Shown: piece by piece, positions 1 to 12,858 of the stretch
How positions within the stretch are numbered: the first letter of the stretch is position 1
How the letters are laid out: every line of letters begins with the position of its first letter
Source: Octopus bimaculoides
Lineage: Eukaryota
DNA length: 45,594 nucleotides
NCBI RefSeq assembly: GCF_001194135.2
Contig: NC_068982.1
Coordinates: 151,247,930-151,293,523, forward strand
Direction of reading: 5' to 3'
Notes under the pieces: model-generated
Databases searched by the model: none
What the model was told of the DNA's origin: nothing
Seen by the model: only the letters and a program-made list of their open reading frames with translations
Position numbers and translations under genes: made by a program

Positions 1-31
<31 letters not shown>

Positions 32-86
32 ATATATATAAATATATATATATGTATATATATATACATATATATATACATATACA
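1..86. repeat. (TA)n microsatellite, imperfect
   Basis: Direct: TA dinucleotide run with scattered G/C interruptions. Confidence 0.95.
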
Positions 87-1451
87 GCTCTAAAATCGCC
101 AGTAACCCTTGCACATGCAAATGTATACATAAGACATACTACACGTAAACGTACACGTACACATATACGTACACACACACAAACACAAACACACACACGA
201 ATATATATACGTACACAATTTCCCCCCATAAACGGGTATTGAATAACCTAGAACTATCAGAAAAAAAAGGCTTAAGATAATGATACTTTTCAGGCTGCCT
301 ACAATCACACTTGTCATAGAATCATTCTTTAATCGGAAAAGCAAAACATGTTTGTCACAACATGATCATTACTGGATTTTCATAAATATTGCAGGATTCT
401 CAGCATAAATATTATCAAAATATACTCCGTAAAATTCTGCCCAAGAGTCTAATCGTAACCAATATGAAGTAAGCTACATTACACCTAACTTCATCACCAC
501 AACTGACAACTGCATTAACCCAAAGACATGCCTGGTGAAGTATCTTCCATTTAAATTTGTAGCAGGGAGTTTTCAACTTTTAAATGCCATTTGAAACTCC
601 ATAACAACGTATCGTATAGTTTCTTCCATTTTATGAAAAGTAAAGAAATGCAATTTTAATCGTAATTAGACGAGATTTGAGTTTTAAAAATCTGAGTTTC
701 ACAGAAGCTTGCTACACAATAAATTTTAGATTACAAATGAAGTTTAATGCTATACAAAGAAGCAATTTCTGCCATAACTGACACACATGAACATTGTAAA
801 GCATATACATATGTGTGTGTGTGTGTGTGTGTTTGAATGGTCTTCTTAATCTAGATAAACGTAATCATCCACACACACACACTTACACATAAGTTAACGA
901 TCGGTGATTGCCCCTATTGTCACTCAGTTTTACACATGTAAATTTTGTGTGTGATTATTCAGTTTCAAGAGAAAGGAGAAGCTGATGGTTATTATGCTGT
1001 GCATTACTAAGCTAATTCTTACTAGTCACTAGCTTAAAAGCCAGCTAGTTCCTGCAGAGATGGGCTCACGGTCCAAAACTAAAGAGAGCTAAATAGAATG
1101 ATTATAATAGGTCTATAATGACTATATGCCCCGGTGGTGTTTCATCAGAGGTTTAAGATGGATGAGAATGAATTCTGTAGTGCAATCATTCTAATGTTCT
1201 AGTCTCAAGTTGAATTCCCAATGTTGGTCAATTTGTCTCGACGTAAAATTAACGTCATCTGACAAATCCCAACAAAGATGAGGTGAATCAGCCAAGCTTT
1301 ACATGCTAGAAATAGCAACTCAAATGCTTTTAAATCAGAATCCAATGCTGAATGTTCAAGAACCAAGTGAAGAGCAGGTTTTCAATCCCAAGATTATCTT
1401 GATTCCAAGAAAGTATAATATGTCTATATAGAGGAAATGCAGACTGAGATA

Positions 1452-2060
1452 CAGGGTTTCCGGACAAATAAATTTTCGTGTTTATTATTATAGAAGGCAA
1501 ATAACGTCGTAGAATATGTTATAAACTAAAAAGAAATTGGACTTCTTTAATGCAAAGAGTGCTAATCACTTCACGTTTATGGTTCTCGACTACACAACAC
1601 CGCTCGTCAGTTCCAAAGATTTTTGAAATTTTGTTGTTTGGCATCTGGAGATTATCCATACGAAATCACTTCTGATGAAGACACTTAGATAATATAAGGG
1701 ATATTCTGATAAGCGAGATTACTGACTGCTTCAGCATCTGGAAGTTCTCAGCCACGCAAAGAAGATAGTTTCGTGATTCGTTAAAACACTATATCGTTTT
1801 ATCGATAATCCTTCAAGTTATCAAAGATGAATGAGATCTTGAGTTTCTAGATAAAGTAGGATCGAAAGTAACGTTTTACATGCTCCTGGGCCTTATTGAA
1901 GGAATATATTGATAATAACGCCTCTTAAAACGGCTTGCAATTTGTCCCATGCAATATCTTTGAAAGCCGTCCAGAGATGCAATTCCCATACAGAGAGATA
2001 GATGGATTTCGACAGAAAATCGTGAAGTCATCATTGTAATATAATAATTCATTATTATAT
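1452..2060 (-). mobile_element. Possible highly decayed Tc1/mariner-superfamily remnant
   Basis: TA+CAGGGTTTCCGG end at 1450-1463 resembles the CAGGGTG ends at 13830/14039. Minus-strand translation has weak motif echoes (DIVF..., AVSNLAYQNIP...SPD...LW). Many stops; boundaries approximate. Confidence 0.3.
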
Positions 2061-2220
2061 TCATCGTTTGTATACGAAATATAATGTGAATGATAACATG
2101 CATAATTTAGGTACGTGAAACTCCGAGCAAAGATAGAGCGAATCACTAACTGATTGCCTGTGAGACTAAAGTCTACATGGTATTGAGTGCTTTTTTTCGT
2201 TTGCACATATAAACGAACAC

Positions 2221-2235
2221 GCACGTACACACTCG

Positions 2236-2307
<72 letters not shown>

Positions 2308-2334
2308 GGCACACTCTTTCTCATACACACACAC
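2221..2334. repeat. (CA)n microsatellite
   Basis: Direct; explains the HTHT/CVCV ORFs at 2166-2384. Confidence 0.95.
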
Positions 2335-3179
2335 ATTTGCGAGTGTATGCCTCTGAGATGATCCAAGTACTAATGAAGTGGTAAAAAAAAGACTAGCTCT
2401 ATTAGTTTATTTCCACATTGTTGCTTTTAACTGAATCATATATTTCATAAATCGATTGGTTTTAGTCAGGAAAACATTGGTGGAAAGTGATTATTGTAGT
2501 CTGTGGAGTGGTTTAGAGGAACGGTGTGAGGAGTAGAGTATTGGGGAGGGAGAGAAAAAGAAACATAGGTAGTAATCAGGTGGTTAGGATTTCAGACACA
2601 ACATAGAAGAGAAATAAAGAAATGAATATCCATCTTCTGACGACAGGTGTGTGGGTGTGGGTATTCTGGTGCACACACACACACACGCACGCGAGAGCGC
2701 GCACACACACAGAGTGAGAGTGAGGGTGAGAGCGAGAGATAGACAGAGAGTAATAGAGAGAAAATTTATCAAGGGGTGTTTATACAAGTGAACAATGTTT
2801 CAACAGGTTATGTTAATTTTCAGAAAGTCACCCGCTACAAACACTTCACTCTACACTCAATTTCTCCCGTACGCGGAGTTTGGTTGCATTTCTACGAATC
2901 TGTACGGGATTAATTAAATGTAGTAATAAATATTGCAATTTGGCAATATATCAAACTGTCACTATAAAATTATTACAACACATTACAACTTAATTTGTTA
3001 CTAACTTGTGTGACTAGTGTAGGTAAATCTCTTATAATATTCAGGTGTCTTTCTCATATTTCTTTGCACTTCTCTGAACATTTGAACAACAATCTTATTG
3101 TCTCTCTTCTCTCTTATTCGATAAATTAGCAACAAACATACAAACAAAACTACATATACAGATACTCACATTCACACAT

Positions 3180-3200
3180 ATTCATACATATATATAAGTA

Positions 3201-3254
<54 letters not shown>

Positions 3255-3305
3255 AGAATACATACATACATGCATACATGCATGCATGCATACATACATA
3301 CATAT
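3180..3305. repeat. (TA)n/(CATA)n compound microsatellite
   Basis: Direct. Confidence 0.9.
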
Positions 3306-3656
3306 TTAGTGTGCATTTATGAAAATATATATGTATGTGTATCTTCATATTTATGTTACAACAATGTGTGCAGTGATGTGTATGTCGGTTAATATATAAG
3401 CAATCCAACCAGTTTATATTTCTGTGCATATATATGTATGCTTATACACATGTATGTATGAGCATCTCTTTTTCTCGCTCTTTCTCTCTCTATCCCCCTC
3501 TCTTTCTCCTCGGCTGTATCGCGTGCGTGCATGTGTGTGTGTGTGTTGATGTAATGTGTTTTAGCCTAGATACATGCTAGTTATACAATTATTCTTATAT
3601 TAGTAGTGTTTGTATGTGCACACGGGATTGAGTGTGTACCTGCACTTCTGTATGCC

Positions 3657-3712
<56 letters not shown>

Positions 3713-3783
3713 NNNNNNNNNNNNNNNNNNNNNNNNNNNNNNNNNNNNNNNNNNNNNNNNNNNNNNNNNNNNNNNNNNNNNNN

Positions 3784-3820
<37 letters not shown>

Positions 3821-3860
3821 AAGAGAGATAGAAAGAGAGGGAGAGAGAGAGAGAAAGGGA
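3657..3860. repeat. (GT)n-(GA)n compound microsatellite spanning N-gap 3713-3783
   Basis: Direct. Confidence 0.95.
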
Positions 3861-4339
3861 GAGGAACGAGAGTGTAACTACTCAAGAAGTGAATATCATG
3901 TAAAGCTATGCTAAACACGCATTCGATGAAGATGGATTTAGTTGGTTCGACAGGAAAGGAGAAAATAACCTTGGATATATTGATTAGACACAAGCAATAT
4001 ATTCACGACGAAGGGAAGTAACTCATGTGACACAGTCTCATAGCAATGGAATATATTTGCTGAAGATTTACATGAGGATGATAACGAAACGATGATAACG
4101 ACGACTATGATAACGATTCGTAAAAAGTTACACATTTGGATGGCTAGAGGAAGACAGTTTAAAAGATTAGGAAAAGATGGGACACAATGTCACCTTACCG
4201 GGCACTTGAATCCGAAAACATAAATTCAACTGAATATAGGCCTCCACTGTTTCGGCCACACTGCTATGTCATTAATAATTAAGATAATGATCGAGAATGG
4301 TACAAAACGATACAATGCAATGCGGTGCTACATAAAAAG

Positions 4340-6335
4340 CGGGTAAACACTAAAATAACAGAAACAAAGAAAAATTCAAAAACAATAATTCATGAAAAGG
4401 AGGACACTTCCAAAAGCTGCTCGTGGAGATCCCCTCACGCCACAATCACCTGACAACTCGAGTAATTGTACTCTTCCAACCCTCCTCCGTCAATCAATAG
4501 GCGCACGCTAAGAACAGGCCCATATCTCGGATCATCTTTTTCTTTCTCATCCACCATTCAAAAAATTTACCGGAAGTCAATATTTCGCTCTCCACCCCCT
4601 CTTTCCTTCTGAAGGGAAAAGTTAATGAGGGCTTGGCCAAAGAGGAAAGGTGTCTGTCTTTAACACTTTCAGTCTAGCACATCAGACAACCATTTCCGTT
4701 AAGGCCACCAGACATATAAAGACTGCCAGTTCTTCTCAACAAAGGATGGAGGGGGCGATCTTGGAGGTGATAATGGGATATATTCTAGACGCGACACCAT
4801 TTGCTACTCATATCTCCACAAGTTAGCAATGAGCTCGGGCACTAAACGAGTGCCTATTGAACAGTTTTGTCGCTCTACGCATATTCCGAGCTGATGGCAA
4901 TTCCCTGATTATAACGTTTATCTCGAACCAGCCTGCAAGTCCTTCAGAACAGAGCAAAAAGTTGATATCTGTTGATGTCCAAATTCTCGTGGAGAATGTC
5001 GTCTCATTTGCCCGCCACAAATCCTCTATAAAAAGCCATAATGGACCACCTACTGACTTGACAGGCAGAGGCTGTAATCTAGATTCTTTCGTTTTGTCTC
5101 AGTCTACACTTCGTCCAGACGAGTTGCGGAATGCGGACTAATACACGGCGAACGCATCTGCTCATCGGCAAGGAACAGCTAGAGATGTTGCATCCTTAGT
5201 GCATGTTTGTGCATCGCATCACATGCACAAACTTCCTGGTTTGACAAAAAATGTAGTACTTGATCAGTGGAATCAGTGGAATACGTCTCTTCTACTGATA
5301 GTGAGAGAGCAAGTGCTCCCTTCTGGCCAGCCATGAAGCGGGGCAAGGGTAATAGATGACGGATGCAATGTAGGCATTAACCACCTCCACCCGGCCCTTC
5401 AGGGAGGTTTCATCTCCGCGCATTTTTGTGAGACTAACCACGCTGCTTGTTACCTCTTTCTAGTTCTTGTTCATCTGGAGTTTTGGACCAAATCTCGAAC
5501 TAGTTAACCGGTCCGTCCGTTCTGCGCTCCACGACACTACAAGACGGCATAGATCTGCATCTCTAGGTGCCGAGCTGCAGGCCCATTGATTTTTATTGGT
5601 TAAGTTTTCTTCCTGTCACCGCCTCATATTCCCTTTGAGTAGTATAGATCATCTGAATGTGTTTGCTATCCGACTGTATTACAGTGACATCATTCACATA
5701 TGCAGATACGGATCTTCCGCATCCTAGTTCCTGTGGGATTCCCCATAAATCCTCCAGCTTCTGCAGCAATAGCTCTATAGTCAGTGAACACTGAAGAGGC
5801 AGGTGTGGGAATCCTTGTCGGATCGATCGCATTTCACTGAATGTCTGAAACAGATGGCCATTTATCTGACTACCGAGGAAAATGTCACTGTACATGCAGT
5901 GATGTAACCCTTGAAGATGGGATCGATACCAATTTCCATGAGGACAGCCGTCGTAAAGAGAGCCGACAATTATTGATGGTCAAAAGTATGGAAACTTTTT
6001 GATTGATGTAAATAGTTCAGGCCCCACTCCTAACAAACCCTTTATGCACCACTTGTATGATGTATCGAGTGAGGTGGATTGATCTATATATGATAGTGCA
6101 TGTCTGTACTTCACCTATTAGAGTATCGTCGGCATGCACAACCTTATCGCTAATACTTTGGCCAAAATCTCAAACTCTAAATTTAGGCCTGAAATTGTTG
6201 AAATCATCTCCCTTGTTCGAGTCCTACCTCAGCAGCACTACTACATCTCGTTTCACAGGATTGGCAATTCTTCTGCTCTTCTGCCAGCTGCAGTAGATAT
6301 CTAGCAATAGGGACTTCCTATACGAACCAAAAGAA
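4340..6335 (-). pseudogene. 5'-truncated Tx1/L1-clade LINE ORF2 (reverse transcriptase) remnant
   Basis: Minus-strand translation gives VVVLLR*DSNKGDDFNNFRP (KD..NFRP motif), RSIRQGFPHLP (QG.PLSP), SAYVNDVTV (YADD), YEAVTGRKLNQ*KSMGL, then RVEVVNAYIASVIYY-like C-terminal sequence. Multiple stops and frameshifts; ends approximate. Confidence 0.85.
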
Positions 6336-6634
6336 GAATAGAATGTAATAAGGGGGATATTATAGTTGTTGACAAGAAGAAACTATATATTTTAATCGAT
6401 GTGGCACCCATTTGAGGTCAGAGTAAACAGAAAGAAGAAAGAAAAATTATATCAGGTTGAGTAAAAAGTAAGCAACGTTTTGAACTATGAAGAATTTGTA
6501 CCGGATTTTTGCAGAGTATTGAAATGTTTTAAAATATTGTTTTGAAATTGTCTGATAATACAGACATAAACTTGCCAAAATGCATCAATAAATTAACATT
6601 GATATTTTTGTCACCGTTGTTACATTCATCTGAA

Positions 6635-7841
6635 ATGAAACTGTTAAAGCGCGATATTCGAGCAATTTGGCTATTCAACTTCTAAAAAGTGCTTAACCTG
6701 AAGTATTTTGCAACGCGTTCCTGTATATTTTGATTTAAAATCAAGCCAGGGTCAACACTCTGCCTTTCTTGCTTCTGGAGGTGATGTGCCGATAAATCAA
6801 AGAACCAGTTAACTACTGGTGGTCGGTCGATATATTCAGCTGCTCCATCTCACCAGAATTTCTGATCTTGTAGCTTTTGTAAAACAGTTAAACCACTCGT
6901 GATATCAACTAAACGTTTGATAAGGAAATGACCAGTGAGTGGTCAGCTCGAAAATGGTTTAAACAATTTCGCAGTGGAGACCTGAGCCTTGAAGATCGTG
7001 AGCGTAGTGGACACCCATCTATCATCGATGACAGTCAATTAAAGACCGTCACTGAGAAAGATCCACGTAAAACCACTCGAGAACTGGCAAAAGAACTTCG
7101 AGTTAGTCAGAAAACTGCCTGCAACCATTTGCATGCGATCGGAAAATTAAAAAAACAGCTCGACAAATGGGTACCACACGAATTGAATGAAAATGAGAAA
7201 ATGCGCAGATATGAAATTTGCTCCTCGCTTCTTCTCCGTTACCAGACCGATCCATTTCTCGGCTGTATTTTAACTTGCGATGAAAAGTGAATTCTGTACA
7301 ATCATTAAAAAGGAAAAAAACGTTCTTCGCAGTGGTTGGGCCAAAATGAAGTACCGAAAACCTTCCCTAAACCCGAGCTCTTCAAAAAGAAGGTGGTGTA
7401 CTGCTGGACTCATCCACTATAACTTCTTAAAACCCGGAGAAACCATTCCTGCAGAAACATATTGCCATGAAATTGCCAAAATAAACGAAATACTGCTACT
7501 CTTCCGTCCCAGACTGGTCAACAGAAGAGGGCCGATCATTCTTCATGACAATGCTCGGCAGCACGTTTCACTAATGATGTTCCAGAAGTTGAAGGGAACT
7601 TGGCTACAAAGTTCTTCCCCACCCAGCTTATTCTCCAGACCTTTCTCCTACCGACTACCACTGTTTCAAGCACCTTGATGGTTTCCTGCGAGAGAAGGAG
7701 TTCAAAAATCAAACCGAGGCTGAAAGTGCGTTCAAAGAGTTCACCAGCACCAGAACACCAGATTTTTATGTTACCAAAATAAACAAACTTGTAACTCATT
7801 GGCAAAAATGTGTTGAATGCAATGGTACTTTCTTTGATTAA
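6635..7841 (+). pseudogene. mariner transposase pseudogene
   Basis: MKLLKRDIRAIW start; KWFKQFRSGDLSLED HTH region; KWVPHEL, TCDEK, LHDNARQH and YSPDLSPTDYH motifs. Disrupted by stops, frameshifts and a SINE insertion. Confidence 0.92.
6686..6885 (+). mobile_element. Decayed, 5'-truncated SINE (family 1) inserted in the mariner transposase
   Basis: Interrupts the reading between FNF*K and TTRDIN; similar to the family-1 copies at 9121-9345 and 41833 (gggtcaac..tgcctttc, cgataaa..accagtt..tactgg, cagaatttc). Confidence 0.65.
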
Positions 7842-7934
7842 TAAAATTTCCGCATTGTTGAAATATATTGTGATGAATTTCATGTTTCAAAACATTGCTT
7901 ACTTTTAACTCAGCTTGATAATACTGACTTCAAG

Positions 7935-8100
7935 TAAAAAGTCCTGGAGTGCTGGTGCAGAAAATCAACGCAGTCATGATACTGCTGATCTTCAAAATCT
8001 TGATCTTAACATCGGAATAGGTGCAGTGCAAATGGTTACTCCGTTCAGCAAGAATTATCCAAGAAATCCTTAATTCAAAGTGCAGAGCAGATATGAAGAG
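7935..8100 (+). mobile_element. Possible decayed 3' end of an R4/Dong-like LINE
   Basis: Frameshifted LQNLDLNIGIGAVQ / WLLRSARIIQEIL resembles the LQKTALLGTARILRKVL C-terminus seen at about 8920-8975. Confidence 0.3.
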
Positions 8101-8621
8101 CAGAAAAGGAAAACGTTTATACAAAACGTATAAAATGTTTCTCATCCTAGATCTGGTGTTGTAGTTCCATGAATAAACCATGTACATGAAATAACAAAGT
8201 AGAACATCACGAACAAAAACAATAATAGTAATGAAAGACTGAAGTTATTATTTCTGTTATTTGCCACAAGGGACCGAGATATTCGAGACAGTACAAAGGC
8301 GAAATGCTTAGGAAAATAACGGACAATGACCTCGAATATTTACATCGAATAAAACGATGAGATCAACAATAGCAATAAAGACACATTAGTAGATGATAAT
8401 TAGAAATAGCATTACAAAACAAATAATGATAAAAAAAAATATACTACACCGTGCAAGGACTCTAATCTGGAGAAGAAAGAAAAGTTAATTTAATCGATTC
8501 CAGAACTAGACTCTTAATTTATGTTATTCATTCAAAGATAGACTAAACTTCAATGGGATTTAAATTAAAAACGCTGTGAGTTGTAAATGAATTTTGCAAC
8601 GCATTTTCTTCCTCGCTAATT

Positions 8622-8625
<4 letters not shown>

Positions 8626-8696
<71 letters not shown>

Positions 8697-8716
8697 ATAA
8701 TAATAATAATAATAAT
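8626..8716. repeat. (TAC)n(TAA)n microsatellite
   Basis: Direct. Confidence 0.95.
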
Positions 8717-9054
8717 GCATGCCCAACTGACAGCGAGGTATGCGATAAGGAAGAAAGAAAAGTCGAGAGATATGACAGGTTAGCTTGGGAAGTTAAGCAG
8801 TTGTGATCGATGAAAACGGTAGCAGTAGTACCAATAATTGTCGGTGCCCTGGGAGGCAGTGAGCAAAATATCGAGAAGTACGTGGAACAAATAGGGGCTG
8901 CAATAAGAGTGGAACACTTGCAGAAAACAGCACTGCTTGGAACCGCTCGAATACTCCGGAAGGTGCTCGAAAAATAAGAGGTGTTAGCTTAGTTCACTGG
9001 TAGTGAACAGCTGACACTGTAGTACATCTCTAGCGTTAGAAGCTGTGCAAAGGC

Positions 9055-9120
<66 letters not shown>
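8717..9120 (+). mobile_element. R4/Dong-like RLE LINE, 3' fragment A with (AAT)n tail
   Basis: ACPTDSEVCDKEERKVERY...VVPIIVGALG...LQKTALLGTARILRKVLEK*, a short 3'UTR, then (AAT)n at 9055-9120; 5' end abuts (AAT)n. Confidence 0.88.
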
Positions 9121-9345
9121 CATCATCATCATCATCCTTTCTACTAAAGAACCAAACCCTGAAATTTGGGGAAGGGAGATAGTCGATTACATCGGCCCCA
9201 ATACTCAGCTGGTACTTATTTTATCGAACTCGAAAGGATGAAATGCAAAGTCGATCTCGGCGGACTTTGAACTCAACGTAAAGACGGACGAATACTGCGA
9301 AGCATTTCTCGCGGTCCGCTAACGTTGCTGCCATTTCACCGCGTT
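9121..9345 (-). mobile_element. tRNA-derived SINE, family 1
   Basis: Minus strand has A-box-like TGGCAGCAACG and B-box-like GAGTTCAAAGTCC, a body shared with the 25.0-25.3 kb, 33.9-34.1 kb and 41.8 kb copies, and a (GAT)n tail. Confidence 0.85.
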
Positions 9346-9349
9346 GATG

Positions 9350-9394
9350 ACAATAACAACAGCAATAGCAGCAGCAGCAGCGGCAACAACACAT

Positions 9395-9443
<49 letters not shown>
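9350..9443. repeat. (CAA/CAG)n-(TAC)n compound microsatellite
   Basis: Direct. Confidence 0.9.
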
Positions 9444-9444
<1 letters not shown>

Positions 9445-9620
9445 ACTTGGCTCCGCCTGCAAGGTCATGCGCTGTTTATCTTGATATGATATACTATGTC
9501 GCGTACATGTGGTTGTGATGCATGTGCCTGGTTTACCCTTATCAGACGAGTAGTCATGATGGATATATTGGACTTCGTATATTTGTGCCCCAGTGTCACT
9601 TTGATGGCATGCGCTGCTCT
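9442..9620 (+). mobile_element. 3'UTR fragment of the same LINE family as 12186-12858
   Basis: High similarity to 12653-12830 (cctgc.aggtcatg.gctgtttatcttgatatga...cccagtgtcactttgat.gcatgc.ctgctct); stops just short of the (AAT)n tail. Confidence 0.85.
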
Positions 9621-10770
9621 AAGAGAAGGAAATGAAAGAGCAACTGATGATAGAATATTTCCGAAGACTAAGGTTGGTGTTGCCCTAAAAATTGACCGGA
9701 TGGAATAAAATCCAAGCAGGTAATACATGGGTGATAGCATCACTTCCGTATGGGCCCGGAATCATAAAATGACCAAAGAAAGGAATGATGAAGACAGGAA
9801 AAATGTTGACAGTGCACGGAGCCTTTCACTCTAAGAGGGACACCGATAAGCTGCACTAGTTCAGAAGAAAGGGTAGGAAAGGTTTGATCAGTTGCCAGGA
9901 TTGTATCGAAGGAGAGAAGAACAGCTCATGGTGGTATGTAAAAAATACCGTGGAACCATTGTTGAAACATATAAAGAAGGCCAGCGTCATTAAAACTAAT
10001 AATTATGTAAGAAAGAAAAACTTAAACAGGAAAAGAACACAAAAGAAGAAACAGCATGGAAGGAGAAAAAAATGTATGGTAAATTTGCAAGAGATACGAA
10101 CGCCAAGACAGATACGGAAGACTGGCGGCTATGGATGAGGAGGAGTGACCTGAAGAGAGAGACAAAAGCATTTATATGCGCAGTTCAAGGACAAGCGTTA
10201 AAGACTATATGAAGTGCAGAAACGATAACACTATTGACAGCGACAAATGCAGAATATGTGGTGATAGGGGTGAAACGATATGGCACATCGTTAGCGAATG
10301 TCCGAAATTGGCACAAAGCGATCACAAAAGACGACATAATAATATGGCAAGAACGATCCATTGGGAGCTCTGTGGAAATCATGGCCTACAAAGAGCAAAG
10401 ACGTGGTATGAGAAAACCCTAGAGAGAGTCACCGAGAATGAAGATTGCAAAACCCTGTGGGATGCAACGATTCAGTACAATCACCTGACCAGACATCGAA
10501 AACCGGACATTGTTGTGGTGAAAAAAAGAAAGGATCTGCATGTTAATCGACATAGTTATGTCCCAATCACAACAAGATCAAAGAGAAAGAAGAAAAACTG
10601 AACAACTATGACGAGTTGAAGTGGGAAATACGAAGGTTGTTGTCAATGAGGAGAGTAGACGTTATAGCAATTGAAATTGGCGCACTTGGAAGTATCAGCA
10701 CTCAACTACCAACATGGCTCACAAAGATTGGTACAAATATAAAGGTAGAATACCTACAAAAATCAGCATC
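9621..10770 (+). pseudogene. R4/Dong-like LINE fragment B (post-RT region, CCHC knuckle, RLE)
   Basis: EYFRRLRL..., MLTVHGAFHSKRDTDKL, CRICGDRGETIWHIVSEC, RRHNNMARTIHWELC, RKPDIVV, IGALG, YLQKSA. Frameshifted; 3' end missing. Confidence 0.9.
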
Positions 10771-11956
10771 GCAGTAGTTCGGTATGGCGCTGGAATCCTG
10801 AAGTGGACAGAAGAGGAGCTAAGAAAATGGACAGGAAGTCAAGAAAGCTTTTAACGATGCATGGAGCCCATCATATACGTGCAGACACTGATCGGCTATA
10901 CATGAAGAGAGCAAATGGTAGAGGAGAGTTGATAAGTGCGGAAGACTGTGTGCGTATCTGACTCGAGAGCTTAATGAGATATCTAGCCCAAAGTAAGGAA
11001 ACCTTGCTAGTGACAGTTAGGAACGGGGGAGTATTGAGAGCAGAGAAAAAAGGGAAAACAAAGAAGTACTAAAAGGGCATGAAGAAGAATTACGCAAGAA
11101 GGTACTACACAATTGATTCCATGTAACCACAACAGAAGTTGCTGGAAAGAATAGGTGGCTGGTGAAAGGAACCCTAAAAAAGAGACCGAGAGAACTATAC
11201 TGGCAGCGCAAGACCAAGCTTTCGCCACGAACTGGAAAGTCAACATTAGGAATGAGCAAGTGTCTCCGCTGTGCCGCATCTGCAATAAAGTGGATGAAAC
11301 CATTGCCAATATCACGAACAAATGCCCTAGACCTGACCAAAACCACTTCAAGTTGTGGCGACACGACCAGGTAGCGTAAGCGCTACGTTGGAAACTGCGA
11401 AAAGTGTGGGCTAGAAAGAGGTAAGACGTGGTATGAGCACAAACCGAAGAGAGTGGCGGATTCGGAGGTTAGCAAAATCATCTGGGATTTCCCAATCCAA
11501 GCAGATCAGGTGCTAGAGCGTAACTGACTGGACCTAGTGGTGGTGGTATACAAGATGCACCACATATGCTATATAGTTGATGTTGCATGCCCCTTTGACC
11601 CACGAATACTGAAGAAGAAAGGCGAAAAGTTAGATAGATACAACCTTTTTAAGTACGAAATAGACCGGCTATGGAAAATGAAGAAGGTGAAGATAGTGTC
11701 AATTATTGTTGGGTCCTTGGGAACAATATCAGAAGGCATGAAGAGGAATATAAAGGAAATTGGAATAGGGTACCCAGCAGAACTGTTACAAAAAGTTTAC
11801 CTCCTTCATACAGCAAAATAATCAAGAAAATATTAGATAGCTGAAAAGAACGGTTTGCATCGTACTGTAGGCTTCAGCTAGTAAGCCTGCTACGCATGCA
11901 AGACTCCAGGAGCTCCAACAAAACCTGCGATAAAGAGATAAAAAATAATAATAATA
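10771..11956 (+). pseudogene. R4/Dong-like LINE fragment C (different subfamily) with 3'UTR and AAT tail
   Basis: AVVRYGAGILKW, LKKETERTILAAQDQAFATN, CRICNKVDETIANITNKC, RHDQVA, DVACPFD, IIVGSLG, LQKVYLLHTAK; AATAATAATAAT at about 11944-11956. Confidence 0.9.
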
Positions 11957-12112
11957 GTTGCTCTAATAATGATGGTAATAATAGAGATGGTGTTAATAAT
12001 GATAATAATAATAATTTAGCCAAAACTGATGTCGGATCAGAGGAAATATTAACAGTGACAAATAGTAGTAAAAAAAATGAAAATAATAGTTGCGCGACGG
12101 TGAGATAGAGAA

Positions 12113-12185
12113 TAGTGAACAGCTGACACCGTAGTACATCTCCAGCGTTAGAAACTGTGCAAAGGCAATGATAAGAATAATAATA
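12113..12185 (+). mobile_element. Extreme 3' end of LINE family A
   Basis: 12113-12166 matches 9001-9054 at 51 of 54 positions by my count, followed by an AAT-rich tail. Confidence 0.85.
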
Positions 12186-12858
12186 GGTGCCCTACGTATG
12201 ATAAGAAAGGGATGTCAGTAACGTCTAGATCATATTCCAGGAGAACCATGACTTAGGAATACAAAAGATTCTGTTGACAATTACTGCCCACATCCTTAGA
12301 GAAACCCTATCAATTTAAATGTCCGTTAAGTATTAGATGAAGATATTTCGCTACTGCTCCTGCCACCTCTCCTCCCCAGGCCTTCAGTTATACTGTAACA
12401 TATCTTATCCTTCACTCGCTTCAGTTGTTCGACCTTAAGCAGTTGAGCATGTCCCTTGGTGGCTGATGATAAGTGCATCTCTGATCATGAGCAGAAGTAG
12501 TGGGGGAGCATCATAGCCATGTATTGAGAGGAATTCTTTGGGGCTTGAATAATTCAATTTTGGAAACATGGGTGTTGTGCTCAACATCCTTAAACAAACC
12601 TTATTCAAAGACCTTTTGAGGGGGATGGGCTACTCGATCTGAAGAAAATTCTAACTGCGCCCCACCTGCGAGGTCATGTGCTGTTTATCTTGATATGAGA
12701 TCACCATGTCGCGCACATATGGTTGTGATGCATGTGCTTGGTGTACCCTTATAAGACGGGTAGTCATGATGGGTATAACGGGCTTCGTATATTTTACCCC
12801 AGTGTCACTTTGATAGCATGCACTGCTCTCTCACTCAATAATAATAATAATAATAATA
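12186..12858 (+). mobile_element. R4/Dong-like LINE 3' fragment D with long 3'UTR and (AAT)n tail
   Basis: GALRMIRKG...IPGEP...IQKILLTITAHILRETLSI* (stop 12316-12318), about 520 nt of 3'UTR, (AAT)n at 12837-12858; 5' end abuts AATAATA. Confidence 0.8.

Larger units (their letters stand above)
6452..7918 (+). mobile_element. Full-length mariner (DD34D-type) DNA transposon, defective
   Basis: TIRs TCAGGTTGAGTAAAAAGTAAGCAACGTTTTGAA (from 6452) and its imperfect inverse ending at 7918; TA dinucleotides at 6450-6451 and 7919-7920. Confidence 0.92.

Noticed and set aside
4240-4290. Further GGCCGAAAC/GACCGAAAC motifs (about 4250 and 28575, minus) as hammerheads
   Set aside because: No CUGAUGA-like core or pairing stems at the proper distance.
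8626-12858. CRISPR-like or regularly spaced array
   Set aside because: Units are unequal, protein-coding LINE fragments separated by microsatellites in eukaryotic DNA.
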